Source: Lachnospiraceae bacterium (GTDB lineage Bacteria > Bacillota > Clostridia > Lachnospirales > Lachnospiraceae). From it: a DNA stretch of 24,000 nt. Location of the stretch: assembly GCA_031548165.1 (NCBI GenBank), contig JAVBRI010000008.1, positions 41,084 to 65,083 of the forward strand, read 5' to 3'. The notes below the pieces were generated by a model. It saw only the letters and a program-made list of their open reading frames with translations, was not told the DNA's origin and did not search any database. Each line of letters begins with the position of its first letter. Position 1 is the stretch's first letter. Both the position numbers and the translations under genes were made by a program. Shown here one piece after another: positions 15,848-23,374 of the stretch.

Positions 15848-16282
15848 ATGGAAAACAAAATAGATAAAGTAATGGAGCGATTTGGTACATATGATTGTTC
15901 ACAGGCTATTTTAGCCGCATGGTGTGAGGATTACGGTTTGGATATAGAAACTGCACTAAAATTATCTTGTGGTTTAGCGGCTGGGATGGCGAGATTAGGA
16001 CATACTTGTGGAGCTGTTACAGGAGCATATCTTGTACTTGGCTTGATACATGGAAAGAGCAAACCTGAGGATAATGAATCAAAGGAAAAAACTTTTGAAT
16101 TAATACAAGAGTTTGATAGACAATTTACACAAAAGCATGGTTCCACGAATTGCCATGAACTTTTAGGTGTTGATTTAAGATATGGAGACAAATCAGCAGC
16201 AAAGGAACAAGTAGTAAAAAAATGTTCTGGCTATGTTCATGATGCGGCAGTGATTTTAGAATCTATATTGCGAGGTAAATAG
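15848..16282 (+). CDS. C_GCAxxG_C_C family protein (putative redox-active/metal-binding)
   Basis: YDCSQAILAAWCEDYG...SCGLAAGMARLGHTCGAVTGAYLVLGL...GSTNCHELLG...KCSGYV reproduces the family pattern (N-terminal C, central CGAxxG, distal C, C). RBS GGAAGGA; 19 nt after the hgcB stop. Confidence 0.8.
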   Translation: MENKIDKVMERFGTYDCSQAILAAWCEDYGLDIETALKLSCGLAAGMARLGHTCGAVTGAYLVLGLIHGKSKPEDNESKEKTFELIQEFDRQFTQKHGSTNCHELLGVDLRYGDKSAAKEQVVKKCSGYVHDAAVILESILRGK

Positions 16283-16283
16283 T

Positions 16284-16475
16284 ATGATGAATTGTACTAA
16301 TGTTAAAGAATGTGCTTGTCCTAAAGAATCATGTGTTAATCATGGAAAGTGTTGTGAATGTGTAATAAAGCATAAAAAGACAGATAGTTTACCATTTTGC
16401 TTATTTCCACAAAATGATGGAGATAAGTCAGTTAAGCATTATTATGAGAAATTAAAAGAACGATTTGAAAAATAG
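16284..16475 (+). CDS. Small cysteine-rich protein (63 aa, 8 Cys; resembles DUF6485-type proteins)
   Basis: MMNCTNVKECACPKESCVNHGKCCECVIKHKKTDSLPFCLFP. The pattern CxCPxxxCxxHGxCCECVxxH...LPxC is what I recall for DUF6485. The ATG is 1 nt after the preceding stop with GAGGT upstream, so it is likely translated within the operon. Confidence 0.6.
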   Translation: MMNCTNVKECACPKESCVNHGKCCECVIKHKKTDSLPFCLFPQNDGDKSVKHYYEKLKERFEK

Positions 16476-16480
16476 AAAAA

Positions 16481-16507
16481 AAGGCTGATCAATTTGAGCA
16501 GCCTTTT
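16481..16507. terminator. Bidirectional Rho-independent terminator between convergent genes
   Basis: AAGGCTG (16481-16487) / CAGCCTT (16499-16505), flanked by an A-run upstream (16475-16482) and TTTT downstream. It sits exactly between the stops at 16475 and 16511. Confidence 0.65.
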
Positions 16508-16510
16508 AAT

Positions 16511-17509
16511 TTACTTTAATATTCTTTCTAAAATACTATCTATAGAATCTATATCTTCTTGAGTGTTAAGTACTAGCCAAACAGTAGTTGCTCTTGGTTT
16601 TCCTCTTTCTTGATTATTGATAAAATGTTCAATTGAGTTAAAAAGATCTTTAGTAAGACTAATCGATTTATCGTTATAGATATCACGTGCTTGTTTTGAA
16701 GTTGGCATTAAATCAATACCAATGTGTCCAATATTAATATGTACGGAAGCTATTTTCTTTTTACCTTTATTAAATTTCAAATCCCATACAGGTCTATAAG
16801 AAGCAAATATTTCAGACCAGAGATTAACAGACGAATCAAGGTGATATTTATTTATAAATAAATCAACAAGTTTTAACCATAGTTCATTATTATTAGTAGT
16901 TCTTAAAATTCCATCACATAGAGGATTTATATCTTCTCTTTTTATACTATGTTTCAAAAGAATGCTGTTATAATCTGCAATTGCAAACATAGTAAAATTA
17001 CGAGCATAAACTTCTTTATATTCGGCATTAGGCATTTGGTCAGCTAAATATTTTATTGCAGGTAAAAGGGAATTAGAGTTTTTATAGTATACATGAAATG
17101 AATCACATTTTTTATATTCACTGTATAAATCATTATTCTTAAAATATTTAAAATCAAATCCATATATTTTTAAAGCATCAAAATGATATTCTGGAAGTGC
17201 TTTAAAATACTGCTTAAAGTTTATTGGATTCACTTCTATAAAATATTCATTGTTCTTTAAAAGTAAATCACCTGCTAATCCAGATGAATACAATAATTTT
17301 ATAGTATCCATCAAATTATGATAGCTTTTTGAATAATCAATTTCTTCAAAGGATTCATAATCATTATAAATAGTTTTTAAGAGTAATGGAAATTCTTTTA
17401 AACCTTCAATAATCAACTCTTTAATAGTGTCTGATATATTAGTTTCTAAATTATTTGGAACATCACAGATATTCCTTAGCCAAAATTGTGCTTGATATTC
17501 AATAAACAT
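16511..17509 (-). CDS. Hypothetical protein, no recognisable family (332 aa from ATG 17509; 339 aa if TTG 17530)
   Basis: Long uninterrupted ORF with its own promoter and terminator. The C-terminal third (YRPVWDLKFNKGKKKIASVHINIGHIGIDL...RATTVWLVLNTQEDIDSI) is faintly reminiscent of DUF3788/YdhG-like beta-rich domains, but I cannot support a call. Confidence 0.6.
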   Translation of the reverse strand: MFIEYQAQFWLRNICDVPNNLETNISDTIKELIIEGLKEFPLLLKTIYNDYESFEEIDYSKSYHNLMDTIKLLYSSGLAGDLLLKNNEYFIEVNPINFKQYFKALPEYHFDALKIYGFDFKYFKNNDLYSEYKKCDSFHVYYKNSNSLLPAIKYLADQMPNAEYKEVYARNFTMFAIADYNSILLKHSIKREDINPLCDGILRTTNNNELWLKLVDLFINKYHLDSSVNLWSEIFASYRPVWDLKFNKGKKKIASVHINIGHIGIDLMPTSKQARDIYNDKSISLTKDLFNSIEHFINNQERGKPRATTVWLVLNTQEDIDSIDSILERILK

Positions 17510-17572
17510 AGTAATAATGTATCCTTTCAAAAATTAAAATAAGTTTTTTAGTGGTATATAGATGCTCATCTC

Positions 17573-17602
17573 ATTATATATATTTATTGCGCTAAATGTC
17601 AA
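17573..17602 (-). promoter_or_regulatory. Sigma-A type promoter for the 332/339-aa orphan gene
   Basis: Minus strand TTGACA (17602..17597), 18-nt spacer, TATAAT (17578..17573). Confidence 0.5.
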
Positions 17603-17710
17603 GAACACAACGTGTAAATTAAAACAGTTGGATATAATATTATGTATAATAATATTATATGATGTTTAATAGGGCAAAGTATTATCACAAAAAAGGAGGC
17701 AAGTTTATTT

Positions 17711-20700
17711 ATGAAAAAAAAGAGATTTAAATCATTATTATCGATATTGTTAGTAATATCAATGATAGTTGTAGTGTATGAGCCAATGGATCGACAGGCA
17801 GTCGCAGAATCTGGTACAAGCACCATCACAGAGGTTTCAACATTAGCAGAGTTGAAATTGGCACTTGATGATGACAAGATTACCGAAATCATTGTTTCTA
17901 ATACCATTGTGTTAGAAGCGGGAGAGGATATAACCATTGATGGCAAACATAAGACCGTTCGTGTACCGGTAACCGGCACAGATGCTGTCGGTGTGGCGAA
18001 CGAAAACCCCAGTGCCTTCTGTGTATTTGCGGTTAGTAAATATGCAAAAGTCAGTATCTCGAACATGACCATCCTAGGCGGTAAGGGCTATCATCCAGAG
18101 GAATCTTTCGAGTACTATGGTGGAGCAATTTATAATAAGGGAACCTTGAACCTCGAAGAAGTAAATATCAAACAGAGCGGCAGCAAACAATCACAAGGCG
18201 GAGGCTTATTTAATACTGGTTCTGGTATTATGATATTAAAGAAGTGCAACGTAATGAGAAACATAGCTAAAGTAGCCGGAGGCTTTTATAATGGTGGCGA
18301 TATTCTCATTTTGGATAGCTGTTCAGTAACTGAAAACCGCAATATATCTGAAGATAATATGGGCGGCGGCGGAGGCGAAACCGCACGCAGGCTGTATGCA
18401 GTCAATACTACTTTCGCCAATAATCAGAGTACGGAGATAGGCGGTGCTTTAAATATTTGCGGTGGCAATAGTTATATATTAAACTGCAGCATTACTGGTA
18501 ATCTGACAACAAAAGAAACCGCTAATTATGGCGGCGGAATCGGCATAAGTTCATTAGATGATGTTTACATTATAAATAGTGTTATAGCAGACAACTACTG
18601 CAACGCAAAAGGTGTAAATACGCAAAAAAGTGATATAGGAATATATGAAAAAGAGTATTTTGGTTATGCTGGTGAAAAAACCTATGTATATAACTCCTTA
18701 TACGAAATTCTTGATAAGGGAGATTATGGGAAGATTGGCGGAAATGATAATAATTGGGTAGGGCAAAACTACATGAATAACCTCTTTACTGATTATGCAG
18801 ATTCCCCACTTTTGAACTCGGATGGTATGGTGGCAGAGAATGCTCTAAGTTTCAGTCGGCCTAAGCTTATAAACGCAGCAGCGTATCTGTCAGATGATTC
18901 AAAGGCAAAAAATGGTGGTACAAATATATATTTTCATTATGACTATGAGTCAGGTGTTCGTATTGGGTATGACGCGGGTGGTACTTTTCAAAAAATAATC
19001 GGAGTGTTTGATGAGGAGAAAAAAGATGAAGACAGAATCACACTCTATCAAGACGGAGAACAGCGTGCGGATGGTGTAATCGGAGCTGTTGGGGTAAAGA
19101 CCATAAAATATCACACGGTCAAGGCACTGCCATCAACAGGTGGTTCATTCACAGGAGCAACGATATTTGGCGATACGTATAAAGATACAGAATCTGTGAC
19201 AATAACCGCAGAGGCTGATACGGGGTATACCTTTGTTCGATGGGAGAAGGAAGATGGTACATTATTGTCGAACAATCCCCGATTTACCTTTTCGGTAACT
19301 GAGGATGTCACTCTTAAACCAATATTTGTAAAGGTGGAGTTTTCTGTTGGTGCCGGTAAAGACTACCCTACCTTTGTCAAAGCAGTAGAAGCAGCAATGG
19401 CATCAGCAGCTTCTGACAGTACACAAAGTTACAAAATAACGATTTATGAAGATGTAACCTGGGGCGGCGGCACGCTGCCAGAATGTGAAAAGCTTACGAT
19501 TCAAAGTGCTAACGGGGGTAGTGTGGACAACAACAAAATGCTTACAATAACTTCCGACGTCATCACCCAATCACCGGTAATATGGGATAATATAAAGCTT
19601 AATATTTCATCGGATGTAACAGTAAAGGGTGACTTTACGACTACAGATACGAGCAAGATAATGATTTTGGGAGGTACACTTACGATAGACGGCGAGATAA
19701 ATAGACCGCTTATGATAGACTTAACAAACCGTACCTTAAATGACATTGTGTTAAAGGCTAAAAACACTTCAACCGGCGTTGTTACTCCAGTTAATCTCGG
19801 CACAGGGCTTGGATTATCAAAAACCACAAACGGTAGTAACTATGAGTGGAAAGTTATTAAAGCAGCTCTTACAGGTTCGGTAAGCATTACGGGTACAGAA
19901 AAATATGGCAGTGTACTGACTGCCGACGTAAGCGGCATTACATCAAGTAATCCTGGTACATATACCTACCAATGGAAGCGTAATGGTTTGACAGAAATAG
20001 GTACTGGTAATACGTACACACTTACAGCGGCGGATATAGGCAGCAGTATTACCGTAACAGTTACGGCAGCAAATTGCAGCGGTTCGCTTACAAGTGATGC
20101 TACAGCAGCAGTCGGTAAAGTAGAACTTACGGTTAATGTAACGGTAAATGACAAACCTTACGATGGTACCAATACCGCCACTATCAACACAGCATCTCTT
20201 GTAGGTGTTAAAACTGGAGATATAGTAACGCTTACGAATGGAACACCTACTTTTGCAAGTGTTGGCATTGGCAATAACATCGCAATTAGCTTTACTAACT
20301 TTTCCATCAGTGGTGCAAATGCGAATAATTATACCCTCGTACAGCCAGCAGGAGTAAAAGCGAATATCATAAAGGGCTTTACATCTCAAAACGGTAAGCA
20401 TTACATAACAACAACCTTAACGAACGGATGGGTAAGGACAGGCTTTGTCATTTCCGCTATGTCAGGTTATAAACTTAGCGTTACGAATACAGCAGATAGT
20501 ACATGGTCGAACAGTTTAACTTATTCCACTGAAACAAATAGTGGTAGTGTGAACTTCTATGTAAAGAATATAACTACTGGTGAAATCTCCGTAATGGCAA
20601 CAGAAAACTACAAGATTGATAAAACTGCTCCGATAATTACAGGTGTAACAGACGGAAGCATCTATTATACAGATAAAGTAATAACTGTAACAGATACAAA

Positions 20701-21664
20701 CCTAGACACAATTACTGTAAATGGTGATGCATTTACAAGTGGTAGTGTCCTTGCAGGTGATAAAAATGTGACATATATAATTGTTGCTACCGATAAAGCA
20801 GGCAATTCAACCAAAGTTACAGTGACAATGAAGACCATTGCAAGCTTGTCTGAAAACATCAAAGACATCACAGTTGGCAATGTAAAATCCACCGATAAAG
20901 CTAAAATCGAAGCTGTAGATGTGGCATTAAAATCTGTTGACATCACGAATGCAACACCGACACAAAAAGATCAGATTACAGTAGCAATCCAAAATTGTAC
21001 TGACTTACTAAAAGTATTGTCAAATATTGGAAAAGTTCAAAAAGAGGTTATAAAGGATGGAAAAGTTCCTGAAACTTCATTTAATAATAATTTATCAAAA
21101 CTTAAATCATTTATTATTACTGAAGAAGAAAAGCAGTTGGTTGAATCAGGTGTGGATATAAAAATCTATTTGCAGGTGAAGGACATTTCAGAGATTGTAA
21201 ATAGTAAAGATAAAGAAATTATTAACACTAGCATATCTGATTATCAAGTAGGTGATTATATTGATATTTCATTGTTTAAGAAGGTCGGAGATAACGAAGC
21301 TGTAAAGATAAGTAATCCAAATGGATTAATTAATATCACACTTATTATTCCAGAACATTTAAAGTCAAACAAAGCGTCTGTTGAGAGAAGCTATAACATA
21401 GTAAGAGTGCATAATGGTGAAATGACAATTATAGATGGTAAGTATAATGCTCAGACAGGAGAATTTACATTTGAAACAGATAAGTTTTCAACATATGCAA
21501 TTATCTATAAAGACGTGATTACCAATGTAGGGGTGGAAACAGGCGATATGACACCAATATGGTTATGGAGTACTTTAATGTTATTATCTGTAATAGTTAT
21601 TACAGTGAATGAGTTTTTTTGGAAAAAGAAGAAAAAAGAAATTTTAAAGGGCTGTTCAAGTTGA
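17711..21664 (+). CDS. Large cell-surface protein: signal peptide, Pmp-like right-handed beta-helix repeats, InlB-B/Listeria-Bacteroides-type repeat, YDG/MBG-type and Ig-like domains, C-terminal membrane anchor
   Basis: AAGGAGG RBS. MKKKRFKSLLSILLVISMIVVVY is a signal peptide. Repeated GGAIYN / GGGLFN / AGGFYN / GGALN / GGGIG with FANN-type motifs indicate the beta-helix. GYTFVRWEKEDGTLLSNNPRFTFSVTEDVTLKPIF is the InlB-B-like repeat. YTYQWKRNG...ITVTVTA is also present. NDKPYDGTNTA...ANNYTL is the YDG domain. IDKTAPIITGV is Ig-like. The C-terminus is VETGD + hydrophobic helix + KKKKKE. Confidence 0.85.
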   Translation: MKKKRFKSLLSILLVISMIVVVYEPMDRQAVAESGTSTITEVSTLAELKLALDDDKITEIIVSNTIVLEAGEDITIDGKHKTVRVPVTGTDAVGVANENPSAFCVFAVSKYAKVSISNMTILGGKGYHPEESFEYYGGAIYNKGTLNLEEVNIKQSGSKQSQGGGLFNTGSGIMILKKCNVMRNIAKVAGGFYNGGDILILDSCSVTENRNISEDNMGGGGGETARRLYAVNTTFANNQSTEIGGALNICGGNSYILNCSITGNLTTKETANYGGGIGISSLDDVYIINSVIADNYCNAKGVNTQKSDIGIYEKEYFGYAGEKTYVYNSLYEILDKGDYGKIGGNDNNWVGQNYMNNLFTDYADSPLLNSDGMVAENALSFSRPKLINAAAYLSDDSKAKNGGTNIYFHYDYESGVRIGYDAGGTFQKIIGVFDEEKKDEDRITLYQDGEQRADGVIGAVGVKTIKYHTVKALPSTGGSFTGATIFGDTYKDTESVTITAEADTGYTFVRWEKEDGTLLSNNPRFTFSVTEDVTLKPIFVKVEFSVGAGKDYPTFVKAVEAAMASAASDSTQSYKITIYEDVTWGGGTLPECEKLTIQSANGGSVDNNKMLTITSDVITQSPVIWDNIKLNISSDVTVKGDFTTTDTSKIMILGGTLTIDGEINRPLMIDLTNRTLNDIVLKAKNTSTGVVTPVNLGTGLGLSKTTNGSNYEWKVIKAALTGSVSITGTEKYGSVLTADVSGITSSNPGTYTYQWKRNGLTEIGTGNTYTLTAADIGSSITVTVTAANCSGSLTSDATAAVGKVELTVNVTVNDKPYDGTNTATINTASLVGVKTGDIVTLTNGTPTFASVGIGNNIAISFTNFSISGANANNYTLVQPAGVKANIIKGFTSQNGKHYITTTLTNGWVRTGFVISAMSGYKLSVTNTADSTWSNSLTYSTETNSGSVNFYVKNITTGEISVMATENYKIDKTAPIITGVTDGSIYYTDKVITVTDTNLDTITVNGDAFTSGSVLAGDKNVTYIIVATDKAGNSTKVTVTMKTIASLSENIKDITVGNVKSTDKAKIEAVDVALKSVDITNATPTQKDQITVAIQNCTDLLKVLSNIGKVQKEVIKDGKVPETSFNNNLSKLKSFIITEEEKQLVESGVDIKIYLQVKDISEIVNSKDKEIINTSISDYQVGDYIDISLFKKVGDNEAVKISNPNGLINITLIIPEHLKSNKASVERSYNIVRVHNGEMTIIDGKYNAQTGEFTFETDKFSTYAIIYKDVITNVGVETGDMTPIWLWSTLMLLSVIVITVNEFFWKKKKKEILKGCSS

Positions 21665-21734
21665 ACAGCCCTTATAGGCTTTAATTAAAATATTACTAGA
21701 CTTTTAATTTAAAATTTGTTATAGTTTTGATAGG

Positions 21735-21764
21735 AGTGTTGATATCTATCAGCACTTATTTTTT
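21735..21764 (+). terminator. Rho-independent terminator (or attenuator) 33 nt upstream of gpmI
   Basis: AGTGTTGATA (21735-21744) / TATCAGCACT (21747-21756), one G:U wobble, followed by TATTTTTT (to 21764). Confidence 0.55.
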
Positions 21765-21796
21765 AAGTAATAGTATGACATAAAGGAGATAGAATA

Positions 21797-23335
21797 ATGA
21801 GTAAGAAACCAGTTGTTTTAATGATATTAGATGGATATGGTTTAAATGAAAAGACACAAGGAAATGCAGTTGCATTAGCTAATACACCAGTAATGGACAA
21901 GCTTATGGAGCAGTATCCATATGTAAAAGGAAATGCAAGTGGAATGGCAGTTGGACTTCCTGACGGACAGATGGGAAATTCAGAAGTTGGGCATCTTAAT
22001 ATGGGTGCAGGAAGAATTGTATATCAAGAACTTACAAGAATAACAAAAGAGATTAGTGATGGAGATTTCTTTGAAAATACAGCATTACTAAGTGCAATGG
22101 AAAACTGTAAAAAAAATGGCACAGCGCTTCATACATTTGGTTTATTATCAGATGGTGGTGTACATAGCCATAATACACATTTATATGGATTACTTGAAAT
22201 GGCAAAAAGACAAGGCGTTGAAAAAGTATATGTACATGCATTTTTAGATGGAAGAGATACAGCACCTACATCAGGAAAAGGCTTTATGGAAGAACTTTGC
22301 GCTAAGATGAAAGAAATAGGCGTTGGAGAAGTAGCATCTGTATCAGGTCGTTACTATGCAATGGACAGAGATAATAGATGGGATAGAGTTGAACAGGCTT
22401 ACAAAGCTATGGTTAAAGGAATAGGAAATGAAAGCGAAGATGCAGTAAAGGCAATTGCAGATTCATATGCAGATGGAAAGAATGACGAATTTGTTTTACC
22501 AACTGTTATTGTGAAAGATGGTAAGCCAGTAGCATCTATCAGCGACGGAGATTCAGTAGTATTCTTTAACTTTAGACCGGACAGAGCAAGAGAAATAACA
22601 AGAACATTCTGTGATGATTCATTTGATGGATTTGATAGAGGCGAAAGAGTAAAAACAACATTTGTATGTTTTAGTGAATATGATGTAACAATACCTAATA
22701 AGCAAGTTGCATTTGAAAAGGTATCTATAAATAATACATTTGGTGAATTCCTTGCAGCAAACAATATGACACAAGCTAGAATTGCTGAAACAGAGAAGTA
22801 TGCACATGTTACTTTCTTCTTTAATGGTGGTGTAGAAGAGCCAAATAAGGGAGAAGATAGAATCTTAGTAAAATCACCTAAGGTTGCTACTTATGATTTA
22901 CAGCCAGAAATGAGTGCATACGAAGTATGTGATAAGCTTGTAGATGCTATTAAATCAGATAAATATGATGTAATTATTATTAACTTTGCAAATCCTGATA
23001 TGGTTGGTCATACAGGAATCGAAGGAGCAGCAGTTAAAGCAGTTGAAGCAGTTGATGAATGTGTAGGAAAAGCAGTAGATGCAATTAAGTCAGTAGACGG
23101 TGTAATGTTTATCTGTGCAGATCATGGAAATGCAGAACAATTAGTTGACTATGTGACAGGTGAAAGCTTTACAGCACATACAACAAATGAAGTTCCATTT
23201 ATTTTAGTAAATGCCGACTCATCATATAAATTAAGAGAAGGTGGATGTTTGGCGGATATTATACCTACACTTATTGATGTTATGGGAATGGAACAACCAA
23301 AAGAAATGACAGGAAAATCATTAATTCAAAAATAG
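21797..23335 (+). CDS. gpmI: 2,3-bisphosphoglycerate-independent phosphoglycerate mutase
   Basis: 512 aa; PVVLMILDGYGL, GNSEVGHLNMGAGRIVYQ, GLLSDGGVHSH, FLDGRDT, NFANPDMVGHTG and ADHGNAE are the canonical iPGM metal/phosphoserine motifs; AAGGAG RBS. Confidence 0.95.
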   Translation: MSKKPVVLMILDGYGLNEKTQGNAVALANTPVMDKLMEQYPYVKGNASGMAVGLPDGQMGNSEVGHLNMGAGRIVYQELTRITKEISDGDFFENTALLSAMENCKKNGTALHTFGLLSDGGVHSHNTHLYGLLEMAKRQGVEKVYVHAFLDGRDTAPTSGKGFMEELCAKMKEIGVGEVASVSGRYYAMDRDNRWDRVEQAYKAMVKGIGNESEDAVKAIADSYADGKNDEFVLPTVIVKDGKPVASISDGDSVVFFNFRPDRAREITRTFCDDSFDGFDRGERVKTTFVCFSEYDVTIPNKQVAFEKVSINNTFGEFLAANNMTQARIAETEKYAHVTFFFNGGVEEPNKGEDRILVKSPKVATYDLQPEMSAYEVCDKLVDAIKSDKYDVIIINFANPDMVGHTGIEGAAVKAVEAVDECVGKAVDAIKSVDGVMFICADHGNAEQLVDYVTGESFTAHTTNEVPFILVNADSSYKLREGGCLADIIPTLIDVMGMEQPKEMTGKSLIQK

Positions 23336-23374
23336 TATTATGTCGCTTGCGATATAGAATAAAAGGGTGATTAA

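Noticed and set aside
17599-18072. 157-aa minus-strand ORF spanning the start of the surface-protein gene
   Set aside because: It covers the RBS, signal-peptide region and upstream promoter of a well-supported plus-strand gene. Its composition is the mirror of that gene, and it would also overrun the promoter of the 332/339-aa gene.
19943-20401. 152-aa Cys/Arg-rich minus-strand ORF (and other 60-110-aa antisense ORFs at 19111-20946) inside the surface-protein gene
   Set aside because: They fall in the GC-richer core, where antisense frames stay open by chance. They have no starts with an RBS, and the plus frame has coherent domain motifs (YDG, Ig-like).
21647-21673. GC-rich palindrome AAGGGCTGTT..AACAGCCCTT spanning the stop codon of the surface-protein gene as its terminator
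   Set aside because: The hairpin is real, but it is followed by ATAGGCTTTAA rather than a T-tract and includes the last coding codons. The downstream hairpin with T-run at 21735-21764 is the better terminator call.
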